The position numbers and the translations under genes were made by a program. Below, piece after piece: positions 39,344 to 49,713 of a stretch of 64,000 bases of DNA (the stretch's first letter is position 1; every line of letters begins with the position of its first letter). A model generated the notes under the pieces. It saw only the letters and a program-made list of their open reading frames with translations. It did no database searches and was not told the DNA's origin. This stretch comes from Candidatus Thorarchaeota archaeon (GTDB taxonomy: Archaea; Asgardarchaeota; Thorarchaeia; Thorarchaeales; Thorarchaeaceae). The stretch is from NCBI GenBank assembly GCA_011364985.1, contig RDOC01000003.1, positions 128,001 through 192,000 of the forward strand, written 5' to 3'.

Positions 39344-41365
39344 ATGAAGCAAACAATGAGCAATATTGACCTACATCTGGCCACGCCGGAGCTTCAGCAG
39401 GCTGCAGAAGGATCTTTTATCAAGAATGTATACCAATATGGGGACATATTCATCTTGAAGCTCTATCAGCCATCAGGAGGCACAAGTCAGCTACTCATTC
39501 AGCCAGGGCAGCGTATACATTTGACGGAGTACCGTCGGTCTGCTCCAAGGGTGCCACCAAAGTTTTGTACGGTACTCCGAAAATACCTTCGTGATAGAAA
39601 GGTCGTTTCAATACAACAGTATGACTTGGACCGCATTGTAATCATCGAAATAGGTGACGAAGATAGTAGGTATAAGATTGTGGCTGAACTCTTTGGCAAC
39701 GGGAATCTTCTTCTGCTGGACCCTGATGATTCAATCTTTATCGCTATGCGTTATCGTAAGATGAAGGACAGGGACATTGTACCAAAGGCAACCTATGTTT
39801 TTCCACCTCCAAGGGGTGTTGACATATTCAGTCTGGAACCGAACTCGCTTCAGGACATAATAGCGGACTCGATAGCAAGTCTGTTACGCACTCTAGCGAG
39901 CAGGCTAAATCTTGACTCGTTATCGTGTGAGGAGATATGTGCCTTGGCAGGTCTGGAACCCCAAAAAAAAGTGCCAGAGCTTACATCTCAGGAATCGAAG
40001 GACTTGCAGGAAGGACTGGACATTTTCGCTAAGAAACTCAAGAACGGAGTTACAGAGCCCTGCATAGTTCAGGATGAGGATATTGAGGATGAAGAAGAAC
40101 CTCAGCCAGTAGCTTTTCTTCCATTTGAGTTTGAAATGTATAATGGACGCATTCTGCAGACTTTTGATACCTTTAGCAAGGCGATTGATTCGTTTTTCGG
40201 AGTATCTGACGCAGAACTAGCGGATGAAGAAGCAAAAGATGCGTTTGCAAATGAGAGAAAGCGACTTCAGATTATAGTGGACAAACAATCCGAGAGCATT
40301 TCAAGGTTGGAAACTAAGGCAAGAGAACTAAGAACTGCAGGAGAAGCAATCTATTCCCACTTCCAGATTGTGCAAGAAATCCTGAATACGATTTCAGAGG
40401 CCCGTACTGGCGGTCTTTCTTGGGGAGAGATTATGACTAGGATAGAGGATGGAAAGAAGAAGGGGATTTCATCAGCTGTTGCGATCAAGCGAGTTATTCC
40501 ATCCCAAGGTAAGATTGAGGTTGATCTCTCAGGCGCAGAAGTTGTCCTCGATATTCGCAGAAGTCCCCAGGACAACGCAGCAGCTGCCTATGATCAAGCA
40601 AAGAAATCCGAAGCAAAGGCAAAAGGAGCACTAAAGCAAATCGAACGAACTAGATCGAAGTTGGAGGAGCTAGCAGTATCATCAGTCGAGGTTGATAAAA
40701 TAGCTCCGACAGCAGCAAAAATGAGAAAGAAACTCTGGTATGAAAAATACAGATGGTTTCTGTCCTCGGAAGAACATCTTGTCATTGGCGGCCGCGACGC
40801 AAAGACCAATGAGAGGCTGGCAAAGCGCCAGATGGAACCAAATGATGTCTTTCTCCATGCCGCACTACACGGCGCCCCATATGTCATAATCAAAGTTCCG
40901 GACAAAGCTCCTGGAGAACAGACTCTGAGAGAAGCTGCGCAGTTTGCGGTCACATTTTCACGAGCATGGCAAGATGAATTGACCAATGGCGATGCATACT
41001 GGGTTGATCCGGACCAAGTGAGTTTCACTCCACCTTCTGGCGAGTATCTGCCAGCTGGAGCTGTCATGATTTATGGTTCGAAGAACTACATTCGCAATGT
41101 GCCCATATCTCTGGCAGTTGGAGTAATGCTTGAGGAGGAGTATGCCATTCCATTCTCAGGGCCTCACTCTGCGGTATCAGCGCATACGGATTACTATTTG
41201 GAAATAGCTCCTGGAAACACGAAGAAAGGACAGCTTGTAAAAGGCATTGTAAGTCGCTTGCGAAAGATGGTTCCTGAGGGAGAGGCGCATCTAATTGATG
41301 AAATACCACAGGAAGAAGTCATGCGAGTGTTGCCTACTGGTAATGGAAGAATACTCACTGAGTAG
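39344..41365 (+). CDS. rqcH: Ribosome rescue protein RqcH (NFACT/NEMF family)
   Basis: LRKYL, DRIV, ELFGNGN, WYEKYRWF, GGRDAKTNE, FLHAALHGAP. Confidence 0.92.
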   Translation: MKQTMSNIDLHLATPELQQAAEGSFIKNVYQYGDIFILKLYQPSGGTSQLLIQPGQRIHLTEYRRSAPRVPPKFCTVLRKYLRDRKVVSIQQYDLDRIVIIEIGDEDSRYKIVAELFGNGNLLLLDPDDSIFIAMRYRKMKDRDIVPKATYVFPPPRGVDIFSLEPNSLQDIIADSIASLLRTLASRLNLDSLSCEEICALAGLEPQKKVPELTSQESKDLQEGLDIFAKKLKNGVTEPCIVQDEDIEDEEEPQPVAFLPFEFEMYNGRILQTFDTFSKAIDSFFGVSDAELADEEAKDAFANERKRLQIIVDKQSESISRLETKARELRTAGEAIYSHFQIVQEILNTISEARTGGLSWGEIMTRIEDGKKKGISSAVAIKRVIPSQGKIEVDLSGAEVVLDIRRSPQDNAAAAYDQAKKSEAKAKGALKQIERTRSKLEELAVSSVEVDKIAPTAAKMRKKLWYEKYRWFLSSEEHLVIGGRDAKTNERLAKRQMEPNDVFLHAALHGAPYVIIKVPDKAPGEQTLREAAQFAVTFSRAWQDELTNGDAYWVDPDQVSFTPPSGEYLPAGAVMIYGSKNYIRNVPISLAVGVMLEEEYAIPFSGPHSAVSAHTDYYLEIAPGNTKKGQLVKGIVSRLRKMVPEGEAHLIDEIPQEEVMRVLPTGNGRILTE

Positions 41366-41531
41366 GAAAGTGCTCCGTCTAGCCCTAAAAACATGAATCA
41401 AACCTTATAATGGCAAGGATTGATACTGCGACAATGTTTAAATTCCAAAGGTCTGTGATTGGCAAGTCTGCACCTTTAAGGAAACATCCTAAGGAGCAGA
41501 ATCAGCTTTCTAAGAGGCTGAGGTAATATCT

Positions 41532-42104
41532 ATGTCTGAACCCTCGCATTCCATGTCTGTGAGAGAAATAATGGCGGTCAATGTTGTAACCGTACCGCCT
41601 GATGCAACAGTCAGAGAAGTTGCTATCTCAATGGCAAAGATGGACATTGGCTCCTTAATCATAATAGACAAAGATCGTCCTGTGGGAATCATCACAGAAG
41701 CAGATATCGTAACCAGAGTAGTTGCTCATGATAAGGATCCGTCAACAACAAAGGTCGTTGATGTAATGTCTGCACCATTAATACACATCACACCAGATAC
41801 CGCTCTGACAGAAGCGATGCGTGTCATGGCCAAGAGCAACATAAGGCGAGTTGCAGTGCTAAAAAACAACTCTCTTGCCGGGATTATAACTTCGAGAGAT
41901 ATCTTGCGCTGGTCTCCTGAGCTTATTGATGTGTTGGTTGAGTCACTTCGTCTTCGCAATGATCAGGCAGCAAGTGAAGATGAGGAAGAGGATGAAGATG
42001 AGCTAGTGGCCTATGGCGGCATATGTGATAGCTGTGGCGAATACTCTGTGGAGCTGACCTTACAGGATGGCAGGTATCTCTGTGATGAATGCCGGGGAGA
42101 ATAG
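41532..42104 (+). CDS. CBS-pair protein with C-terminal Zn ribbon
   Basis: Two CBS domains, acidic linker, CDSC...CDEC. Confidence 0.88.
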   Translation: MSEPSHSMSVREIMAVNVVTVPPDATVREVAISMAKMDIGSLIIIDKDRPVGIITEADIVTRVVAHDKDPSTTKVVDVMSAPLIHITPDTALTEAMRVMAKSNIRRVAVLKNNSLAGIITSRDILRWSPELIDVLVESLRLRNDQAASEDEEEDEDELVAYGGICDSCGEYSVELTLQDGRYLCDECRGE

Positions 42105-42160
42105 GCTAGAGAATTCATTGCAGCAAGACCAGAATGGTCGTTAGAAGGAGGTACAAAGAA

Positions 42161-42979
42161 ATGGAAGTTAGTCAGATTATGAGTGAACCTGTCACAATCG
42201 ACAAGGATCAAAGGTTATCATATGCACTTGAGCTTCTAGATAAGAAACGTGTAGATAGATTGATTGTGGCTGACGATGGAGCTGTGAGAGGAATTCTAAC
42301 CTACGCAGACATAGCAGACAGACTAGGTGTCAGTAAAGTTGTTGCAGTATCAGTCGTAAGATTGCATATTTCAAGTGCAATGACTGATACGGTGATCACC
42401 GTATCTCCAAAGGATGATGTAACCGAAGTTGCCCAGCTCATGATTGAACGTGGAATGAGTGGTTGCCCAGTTGTGGATGAGAAGGATAAGCTGGTCGGAG
42501 TAATATCAAAGAAGGAACTCTCAGCGCTTGTCGAGAAATTCGAGGATGTGAAAGTCGAGGATCTGATGACAAAAGAGAATCTTCTCGTTGTCAATCCAGT
42601 TGAGCGGCTAGTCAAGGCACGTCTCGAAATGCTTGATAGGGGTTATTCAGGTCTCCCTGTGGTTGATGGTAGCAGAGTTCTAGGTCTTCTAACTGAACGC
42701 GCCGTAGCTGAGGCAATGGCACGTTTTAGCACTGAAGTGCCTGACAAGTATCGTAGAAATCAGGTTAGGCAAATCCGGGTTGTAGATGCCATGATTCAGC
42801 AGCCCCCGATGGTTGGACCCGATGATTCCGTTTCGGAGGCAATCAAAAAAATGGCTGATGCTAATCTGAACACACTTCCAGTCGTTGCAAAGGGTAACAA
42901 GTTAGTTGGGATTATTAGCACCACTGACTTCACAAGATTCGTTGCCAACAAATTCAAGATACCCGAGAAAGGTGAGTAG
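42161..42979 (+). CDS. Four-CBS-domain protein
   Basis: Four CBS repeats; ATG at 42161 follows GGAGG (track start 42134). Confidence 0.88.
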   Translation: MEVSQIMSEPVTIDKDQRLSYALELLDKKRVDRLIVADDGAVRGILTYADIADRLGVSKVVAVSVVRLHISSAMTDTVITVSPKDDVTEVAQLMIERGMSGCPVVDEKDKLVGVISKKELSALVEKFEDVKVEDLMTKENLLVVNPVERLVKARLEMLDRGYSGLPVVDGSRVLGLLTERAVAEAMARFSTEVPDKYRRNQVRQIRVVDAMIQQPPMVGPDDSVSEAIKKMADANLNTLPVVAKGNKLVGIISTTDFTRFVANKFKIPEKGE

Positions 42980-43024
42980 GCATGGGTCGGCAGAATCATA
43001 TCCTACCGAGTCTACTAATTAGAT

Positions 43025-44341
43025 ATGCCCGCGGATCTTCTTCTAAGAAACGGCATATCAGTAGTTGCTGGGAAGGAAGCCATCCGCTCAATAGCAATAG
43101 AAGCAGGAAAAATACAGCAGATATGTTCCCCTGCGGACGAACCAACTGCAAGGGAAGTAATTGATTGCTCGGGAATGTATGTTCTCCCAGGTGCGATTGA
43201 TATTCACGTTCATCTTCGAGACCTAGGTCAGTCTGAAAAGGAAACTTTTGCCACAGGGACGATGGCAGCAGCTGCAGGGGGTATTACTACTGTTGTGGAT
43301 ATGCCCAATTCCATTCCGCCAACTCTGACATCCTTCGATCTCGAGGGGAAAATCGAGTGCGCACTCATAGACAAATTCGTGAATGTTGGATTCTATGCAG
43401 GTATTCCCAAGAATATCGTGGAATTTGATGAGAAAATGATTCCCAATCTATTGGGGCTTAAGGTGTATCCACACGCTCCGCTTGAGAAAGAGACGAAATA
43501 CACAAAGGATCATATTCGTGATTGTATGAAATTAGCTGCCAAACACAAGATTCCCCTTCTATTTCATCCAGACGCTGCTGCATCTGAGAAAAGAGTATCA
43601 GAAAAAGAAGAATTTCTGGAGCTTCATAGTTGCCGGAGCGAAGTAAGATCTTTGAAGAGGTTTCTCTCTGCAAAAGTGGAGGTCGAGGGAAAGCTACACG
43701 TTTGCCACGTGAGTTGCGCAGCGACTGCAGAAATAATTGCTGAGAATAGAGCTGAAGACACCTTGACTGCAGAAGTTACGCCGCATCATCTCTTCCTCAG
43801 CGATAATGATTTCAGTCATGAGAATGGAACAGCCAAGATGTTGCCACCATTGAGAGGAGTAGATGATACAAGAGCACTTCAAAACGCACTAACACAAACA
43901 TGTGCGATTGATTGCATCGTGTCAGATCATGCTCCACACGAGGAACATCGAAAGAAAGCACCATTCCTCAAAGCAGCTTCGGGAATCCCAGGTCTCGAAA
44001 CAACAATTCCTATTATGTTAACGGAGGTCTTCGAGGGAAGAATGAATTGGGTAGACTATCTTAGATTATGTTGTTCAGGACCTGCAAGAATTCTGGGAAT
44101 ACGTGGGAAAGGTATTATTGCTGAAGGTTATGATGCCGACATTACTGCTGTTATCAAGGAAGATTCGGTAATTCGTGGTGCTGACTTTCATTCCAAAGCA
44201 AAGATTACCCCTTTCGAAGGACGAAAAATCTTTGCGAAGCCAGTAATCACAGTTGTTGGTGGCGAAATTGTCTATAGCCATGGAGAGTTTCTTGTAGATC
44301 CGGGAGTCGCTGGGAATGCACCTGTTCGTAAGGGATGGTGA
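43025..44341 (+). CDS. pyrC: Dihydroorotase
   Basis: DIHVHLRD, DMPNS, EVTPHHL, PPLR, SDHAPH. Confidence 0.85.
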   Translation: MPADLLLRNGISVVAGKEAIRSIAIEAGKIQQICSPADEPTAREVIDCSGMYVLPGAIDIHVHLRDLGQSEKETFATGTMAAAAGGITTVVDMPNSIPPTLTSFDLEGKIECALIDKFVNVGFYAGIPKNIVEFDEKMIPNLLGLKVYPHAPLEKETKYTKDHIRDCMKLAAKHKIPLLFHPDAAASEKRVSEKEEFLELHSCRSEVRSLKRFLSAKVEVEGKLHVCHVSCAATAEIIAENRAEDTLTAEVTPHHLFLSDNDFSHENGTAKMLPPLRGVDDTRALQNALTQTCAIDCIVSDHAPHEEHRKKAPFLKAASGIPGLETTIPIMLTEVFEGRMNWVDYLRLCCSGPARILGIRGKGIIAEGYDADITAVIKEDSVIRGADFHSKAKITPFEGRKIFAKPVITVVGGEIVYSHGEFLVDPGVAGNAPVRKGW

Positions 44342-44393
44342 AGACAAAAAGCATAATCGCAATCAATGATTTGAGAAAGAGGGGTGGTTAAGA

Positions 44394-45023
44394 TTGGTAC
44401 ATGCATATTCTGATGATGAAGGTACGCTCCTTGTGAGACTTGCAAGAAAGACTGTTGATAGGTACGTTACAAGAAGAGAGAGACCAGCTATCCCGGAGAA
44501 CATTCCGGCGAAACTCCGGGAGAAGTCTGGTGTCTTTGTGACGCTGAATAAGACTGGGAGAAGCATCTCCAGACTGAGAGGCTGCATAGGCAGACCGTAT
44601 CCTAGCCAACCTCTTGTAGAAGCAACAATAGACTCCGCCGTAGACTCAGCCACAAACGACTCCAGATTTCCACCAGTGACCGTTGGAGAATTAGATGCAA
44701 TAGTCGTGGAGTTGAGTGTTCTTACGCCCCCAATGCCAATCAAGTATGACAACCCCGACGAACTCCTTCGAATGGTTGAGGTTGGAAAAGATGGCCTAAT
44801 TGCAAGCCAAGGAATGTGGCGCGGCCTTCTTTTGCCACAGGTTCCTGTCGAGTATGGGTGGGATGCTAAGACATTCCTTGAGCATACCTGTATGAAGGCC
44901 GGACTGCCTTCCAATCAGTGGAGAGAGCAAGGAATAGAGTTCATGTCCTTTCAGGCAGAGATCTTTGGTGAAACGGCACCTCGTGGGCCCATAGTCAGAA
45001 ACCCAAGAAACGAGCGATGCTGA
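44394..45023 (+). CDS. AMMECR1-domain protein (AmmeMemoRadiSam protein A)
   Basis: GVFVTL, LRGCIG, GLLLPQV, CMKAGL. Confidence 0.92.
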   Translation: MVHAYSDDEGTLLVRLARKTVDRYVTRRERPAIPENIPAKLREKSGVFVTLNKTGRSISRLRGCIGRPYPSQPLVEATIDSAVDSATNDSRFPPVTVGELDAIVVELSVLTPPMPIKYDNPDELLRMVEVGKDGLIASQGMWRGLLLPQVPVEYGWDAKTFLEHTCMKAGLPSNQWREQGIEFMSFQAEIFGETAPRGPIVRNPRNERC

Positions 45024-45038
45024 TGGAGGCAACTAAGA

Positions 45039-45896
45039 ATGGAACGACTTCCCTTTGATGTAATTGAAGACCTGAAGAGATTCCTAAGAGAAGATATTCG
45101 GTCTGGAGACTTGACTTCCAATATCACAATACCTGTCGACGCCAAGGGCAAGGCTACTATATATGCGAAGAGCAAAGCAGTACTTGCTGGTATGGAAGAA
45201 GTGATTGCAATTGCTGAGCTAACAGGGCTTCAACACGACCTACATGTCTTTGAAGGCAACTGGGTAAATCCCGGGGAAGGTGTGCTCACACTTACAGGGC
45301 AAGCAAGGATACTCTTGGCTATTGAACGTGTTTCTTTGAACATTGTTCAGCGGATGAGTGGCATTGCAACCAAGACCTACAACATAGTTCATGAAGCCAA
45401 AAAGATGAATCCAAAGGTGAGAGTGGCTGCAACAAGAAAGACCACCCCAGGATTCAGATATTTTGACAAACGAGCTGTGAAAATAGGCGGAGGCGATACA
45501 CATCGCTATGCCCTTGATGATATGGTGTTGATCAAGAACAACCACATCTCTGTTGTGGGGAGTGTCGGAGAAGCAGTCAGACTTGCTCGAAGAGAGGTGT
45601 CATTCAGCAAGAAGATCTCATGCGAGGTTCGTACTCTTCAGGAGGCATTGGAAGCAATCAAGGCAGGAGCAGATATTGTGTTGTTAGATAATTTCAGCCC
45701 ACAAGATGTTGCAGGTGTTCACAAGATACTTACTGAAAAAGGCTTACGCAATAAGATCATCCTAGAAGCTTCTGGTGGAATTGATCAAGATAATATCAAG
45801 GCTTATGCCGAGAGCGGATGCGATGTGCTTTCCTCAGGTGCTTTAACCCATTCCTATGAATCCTCAGATTTCAATATGCTATTGACCATCGAATAG
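45039..45896 (+). CDS. nadC: Nicotinate-nucleotide diphosphorylase (carboxylating)
   Basis: TRKTTPG, HRYALDD, LLDNF, EASGGI. Confidence 0.95.
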   Translation: MERLPFDVIEDLKRFLREDIRSGDLTSNITIPVDAKGKATIYAKSKAVLAGMEEVIAIAELTGLQHDLHVFEGNWVNPGEGVLTLTGQARILLAIERVSLNIVQRMSGIATKTYNIVHEAKKMNPKVRVAATRKTTPGFRYFDKRAVKIGGGDTHRYALDDMVLIKNNHISVVGSVGEAVRLARREVSFSKKISCEVRTLQEALEAIKAGADIVLLDNFSPQDVAGVHKILTEKGLRNKIILEASGGIDQDNIKAYAESGCDVLSSGALTHSYESSDFNMLLTIE

Positions 45897-45910
45897 AAGA
45901 GCATGGAAAA

Positions 45911-45988
45911 TGGTGCTCCGGCCGGGATTCGAACCCGGGTCTGCGAATCGAAAGTCCGCGATGCTTGGCCGGACTACACTACCGGAGC
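45911..45988 (-). tRNA. tRNA-Glu(TTC), intronless, CCA encoded
   Basis: GCTCCGG...GCGGA-CT-TTC-GA-TTCGC...CCGGGTTCGAATCCCGG-CCGGAGC-A-CCA. Confidence 0.97.
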
Positions 45989-46042
45989 TGTGGGGCATTG
46001 CACGGCCTCATTTCGTTATTAACGTTGTGCAACTACAACTGA

Positions 46043-46477
46043 TTATACACGCCAAGATTCGACCGGCCCAACTTGCTCTGAGGATTTCTGCTTCGGCTCT
46101 GAACGTAATTCTGTTGATAGTCGCTTAATACGGCTTGCAGGACGAATAATGGCCCTTGGACTCCCTTCCTGATGCACTGCAATAGGCTCTGTTATTGATT
46201 GCATAAGAAAAGATATGAGGTCTGCGCTTGTTGGAACACCGCATATCATATTGCCCTTAGATACTAGAGTTGGAACCATCATTATTCCATAGATTTCTGC
46301 AATACTTTGATAGCGGTCAATATTCACTTCATAGATCAGAGTAGACTCACTCAGTTCATGACTTGCATTTTCAAGCATCTCTTTGACAATATCACACCAT
46401 GCACATTGATTAGATGTGAAGAAGAGAATCACTAGAAGCCCGCCAAGACGATTTTCTCGTAGTCCTTTTTGAGTCAT
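46043..46477 (-). CDS. Thioredoxin-family protein
   Basis: CAWC motif, YGIMMVPTL. Confidence 0.75.
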   Translation of the reverse strand: MTQKGLRENRLGGLLVILFFTSNQCAWCDIVKEMLENASHELSESTLIYEVNIDRYQSIAEIYGIMMVPTLVSKGNMICGVPTSADLISFLMQSITEPIAVHQEGSPRAIIRPASRIKRLSTELRSEPKQKSSEQVGPVESWRV

Positions 46478-46559
46478 TTAAACTCGGAGAAACCGCTTTG
46501 AAGAATAAAAGCGACGATGAAGAAAGCTTAATATCGTAAAAGAAAAGGACTGGTCTGCG

Positions 46560-46636
46560 GGGCCCGTAGCTCAGCTTGGTAGAGCAGCAGGCTCATAACC
46601 TGTAGGTCGAGCGTTCGAATCGCCCCGGGCCCACCA
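46560..46636 (+). tRNA. tRNA with CAT anticodon, most likely tRNA-Ile2 (agmatidine type); intronless, CCA encoded
   Basis: GGGCCCG/CGGGCCC acceptor typical of archaeal Ile tRNAs; GCAGG-CT-CAT-AA-CCTGT; one T-stem mismatch. Confidence 0.9.
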
Positions 46637-46794
46637 TCTTTGATTGCTTTTATGGCATCGATTGAGTTTCCCTTTCTAAGCGGATAAGCAACGGATATTC
46701 TATGGTATATTACGAAAATTGGCTTAGAATGCGTGTTCAGAGAATAGTATAGTCCGACTTCTTTAATAAGACTAGAATCAACGTCCTCTATACT

Positions 46795-47571
46795 ATGCAG
46801 CTCTTCTCGGACCCAATTTCAGCAGGAATCATTGCAAGTCTTTTGGCTGGTGCAGCAACAGGAGTAGGTGCCATTCCTGTGCTACTTGGTGGAAACTACA
46901 GTCGAAGAACGCTTGATCTTATGCTTGGATTTGCAGCAGGAGTGATGTTGGCTGCATCTTCTTTCAGTTTACTTGTTCCTTCCCTAGAACTTGTTACAAA
47001 CTGGATCGAGGTAATCACCATTGTGGGATTGAGCTTCTCACTCGGAGGGCTCTTTGTGCACGTGGCCGATAGATACATTCCACATGAACACTTCAAGAAG
47101 GGGGAGGAAGGGCCATCTTCCAGTATGGCAAGGGTTTGGCTGCTGGTCTTAGCAATAACAATACACAATTTCCCTGAAGGAATTGCTGTCGGAGTCGCTT
47201 TTGGAGGGAATGATTTCATAGCAGGAACATCAGTGGCGCTTGCAATAGGGCTACAGAATATGCCGGAGGGGGTGGCTGTTGCCGCACCGCTTGTTCGAGA
47301 GGGCTACTCAAGAAAGTATGCTGCAGGTCTTGCACTAATTACAGGACTTGTGGAGCCTATCGGAGGAATCTTTGGTGTCACAATCGCTCACTTTCTTCTT
47401 CCATTTGGTCTTGCATTCGCCGCTGGAGCAATGATCTTCGTTGTTGGAGAGGAGATGGTTCCTGAGAGCCATTCCGGTGAGAATGCTCGATTGGCGACTT
47501 GGGGATTAATGATAGGATTCGTAATCATGATGATTATGGACAATATCTTTGAGTTCCTTCTACTAGGGTGA
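46795..47571 (+). CDS. ZIP family metal transporter (GufA/ZupT-like)
   Basis: GFAAGVML, IHNFPEG, LQNMPEG. Confidence 0.92.
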   Translation: MQLFSDPISAGIIASLLAGAATGVGAIPVLLGGNYSRRTLDLMLGFAAGVMLAASSFSLLVPSLELVTNWIEVITIVGLSFSLGGLFVHVADRYIPHEHFKKGEEGPSSSMARVWLLVLAITIHNFPEGIAVGVAFGGNDFIAGTSVALAIGLQNMPEGVAVAAPLVREGYSRKYAAGLALITGLVEPIGGIFGVTIAHFLLPFGLAFAAGAMIFVVGEEMVPESHSGENARLATWGLMIGFVIMMIMDNIFEFLLLG

Positions 47572-47729
47572 GAGCCCAATTTCGTCTGGCGAGACTTGTG
47601 CCATCTAGTCGATTGAAATAATATAGTAGCTAATATACTCTGATACCGAACTAAGACTTGAATCGAACTATTCTAGGAGGCAATCGAATGGTCAGGATCA
47701 AGTAGTACGAAACTAGCCCCATCCAGGAA

Positions 47730-48854
47730 TTACCAAAGGTGATGGAAACGAGTGTTTCTTTTCAACGAGTTTTCTCCTTCCAATTTTGAGGAAGAATCAA
47801 CCCTTACCGTAAGGACAAGTCCTACTAGAAGTACAGTTGCTCCTATAATGAAACAAATGGCCGGAAGTGTGATGTCCTCTCTTATTTGCAGAAGTGTACA
47901 ATATTTCCGTACACTTAGGTTTGTTATTGCATCGACGTTCACCCTTTCAAGACTGATTGTTGTTGAATTTGCAGAGTCAAAAGGGATTGTAAACCACCAA
48001 TTGCTGTCTTTGCCAGCCTCCACAAGCATGGTTTCTGACTCATTATCACTTGAGATTCTTAGAATAACTGGATAATTGTCAGAGTACAAAGAGTGAACCT
48101 CATACTGTGTGACAGTTCCCTCTTTTGGATATAGAGATGATAGATCAAGAGAAAACACAGGACTAGTTTCGTTCAGCGTATAACTAAAGTTCTCATCTAA
48201 GGTCACAGATGTAGGCATAGGAACAAAATCGCCCTGAGCTTGTCCCCTTCCTAGTGGATAACAAAGACCTGTGCCAGTGAACAGAAGCAGTATTGCCGTA
48301 AGCAGCAAAACCCTTTCATTTCGAGAATATTCAAACCTCGAAACCGTGAAACGTAGCCCTCCAAGTGCAAGGACAGTCAGAATAACCCCTATTGAGGGAA
48401 CCAGAATGGGGGTAGGAGAAGGAATGAAGGTGTATGGGATAGTAGTATCTCCAAGTTGGTAGCGTATGGTAATTGTGAAGTTCACATCAGAGTCCTGCCG
48501 GACTACTTCGACCAGCAGACTCTGTTCAGCTCTTGCGACTGTTAATGGAAACATTGTTAGAGAGGTGATATTTGTCGCATTAAATTGAGCCTGAGACCCC
48601 CGAATCACCAGCATCACAGGCGTGCCGTTAGTCTGGAGCGAGTCTATTACTACTGCTGAGCAAGAGCTGGGAATCTCCGTGGAATAGATGGACAATTCTT
48701 CGCTTAGTATCCCATCCTTGGTTTCAGTAAACCAAGGATGATAACCAAGGGGGGAATAATGATGGATGCTCATGAAGAAGCTCATAAAGAGAGAAAGCCC
48801 TACAAGGAGAATGGCTGCAGGGATGGTGAGTCTGGGAAAAGACCGTATTCCCAC
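47730..48854 (-). CDS. Membrane protein with two similar extracellular beta domains
   Basis: TM-ecto-TM-TM-ecto-TM layout; repeated SLQTNGTPV / SLYSDNYPV segments. Confidence 0.65.
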   Translation of the reverse strand: MGIRSFPRLTIPAAILLVGLSLFMSFFMSIHHYSPLGYHPWFTETKDGILSEELSIYSTEIPSSCSAVVIDSLQTNGTPVMLVIRGSQAQFNATNITSLTMFPLTVARAEQSLLVEVVRQDSDVNFTITIRYQLGDTTIPYTFIPSPTPILVPSIGVILTVLALGGLRFTVSRFEYSRNERVLLLTAILLLFTGTGLCYPLGRGQAQGDFVPMPTSVTLDENFSYTLNETSPVFSLDLSSLYPKEGTVTQYEVHSLYSDNYPVILRISSDNESETMLVEAGKDSNWWFTIPFDSANSTTISLERVNVDAITNLSVRKYCTLLQIREDITLPAICFIIGATVLLVGLVLTVRVDSSSKLEGENSLKRNTRFHHLW

Positions 48855-48998
48855 TACAATGAATCACCCAATAAATAACAGGCCATCCATGCTCATTAAC
48901 GTTGATATTCACGTACCTTAGCATATCTTGATTCCTAGAGATTTGGTTTCGAGCTAAACAGCAACGTTAATATTCGAACATGCGACCTCAGCGGAACA

Positions 48999-49080
48999 GC
49001 CGCCGTAGCTCAGCCGGTAGAATCCTGTTTCCTTAGGGAACAGCATGTCGAAGATGACAGCCTGTCAAGTTGTTGGTTCC
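48999..49080 (+). pseudogene. Degenerate 5' two-thirds of a tRNA-Asn-like gene with one D-arm intron
   Basis: GCCGCCGTAGCTCAGCCGGTAG, hairpin intron, then G-ACAGC-CT-GTC-AA-GTTGT-TGGT (same anticodon stem as the 59.4-kb tRNA); T arm and 3' acceptor missing. Confidence 0.7.
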
Positions 49081-49217
49081 ATTTTCTCACTACAGAGGAA
49101 ACATGATTCTTCCTTATGCAACATTGATTATATCGAGTTATCACTCAGTAAAGGACGAGAATATTCGTTAGGAGAACAGGGGAATTCAATGCAAAGTGCT
49201 CCATCTGGAACTCCTAT

Positions 49218-49706
49218 TCAGCCTATGATTCTATCGCCACCATTGGAGCAGTCATAGACATACTCCCCAGCAACGCAAATTGTTCTTGTGCTGCCATCTA
49301 TTTCCCTGACTCTGACCATCCATACTGGACGTGTTGGGTGTTTGTCGTAGGAGAGAAAGGCGGCAACAATTTCATCATCTGGTTCTATCCTATCTCTGAT
49401 AAAAGCCATAATGAACTCGGGGTCTAGCCAGTGCTTTGCCAACGGACAGTTCTTAGTGGAAGAAGGATGCCGCTGGAATGTGGAATACCTCATAAGGTTC
49501 AAATCTGTGTCGAATTGAAGATATCCAACAAGAAAGGAATCAATAGTTATACCAACATACCAAGAAACTGTCTTCTCATCTGGTCCAACAATTGGAATTG
49601 GTTGGTTGACCACTCCTTTTCGTGTTACGAAATCATTCTGTGCGATGTTTGACTTCAGCAAGTGTATGGCCTTTGAATGAATTCTCTGATTCATATCTTT
49701 CTGCAT
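49218..49706 (-). CDS. Hypothetical protein, possibly propeptide/inhibitor-like
   Basis: 162 aa, directly downstream of the peptidase gene. Confidence 0.65.
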   Translation of the reverse strand: MQKDMNQRIHSKAIHLLKSNIAQNDFVTRKGVVNQPIPIVGPDEKTVSWYVGITIDSFLVGYLQFDTDLNLMRYSTFQRHPSSTKNCPLAKHWLDPEFIMAFIRDRIEPDDEIVAAFLSYDKHPTRPVWMVRVREIDGSTRTICVAGEYVYDCSNGGDRIIG

Positions 49707-49713
49707 TTTTCTC

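Noticed and set aside
45910-46128. 72-aa ORF on the plus strand
   Set aside because: Antisense to tRNA-Glu; spurious
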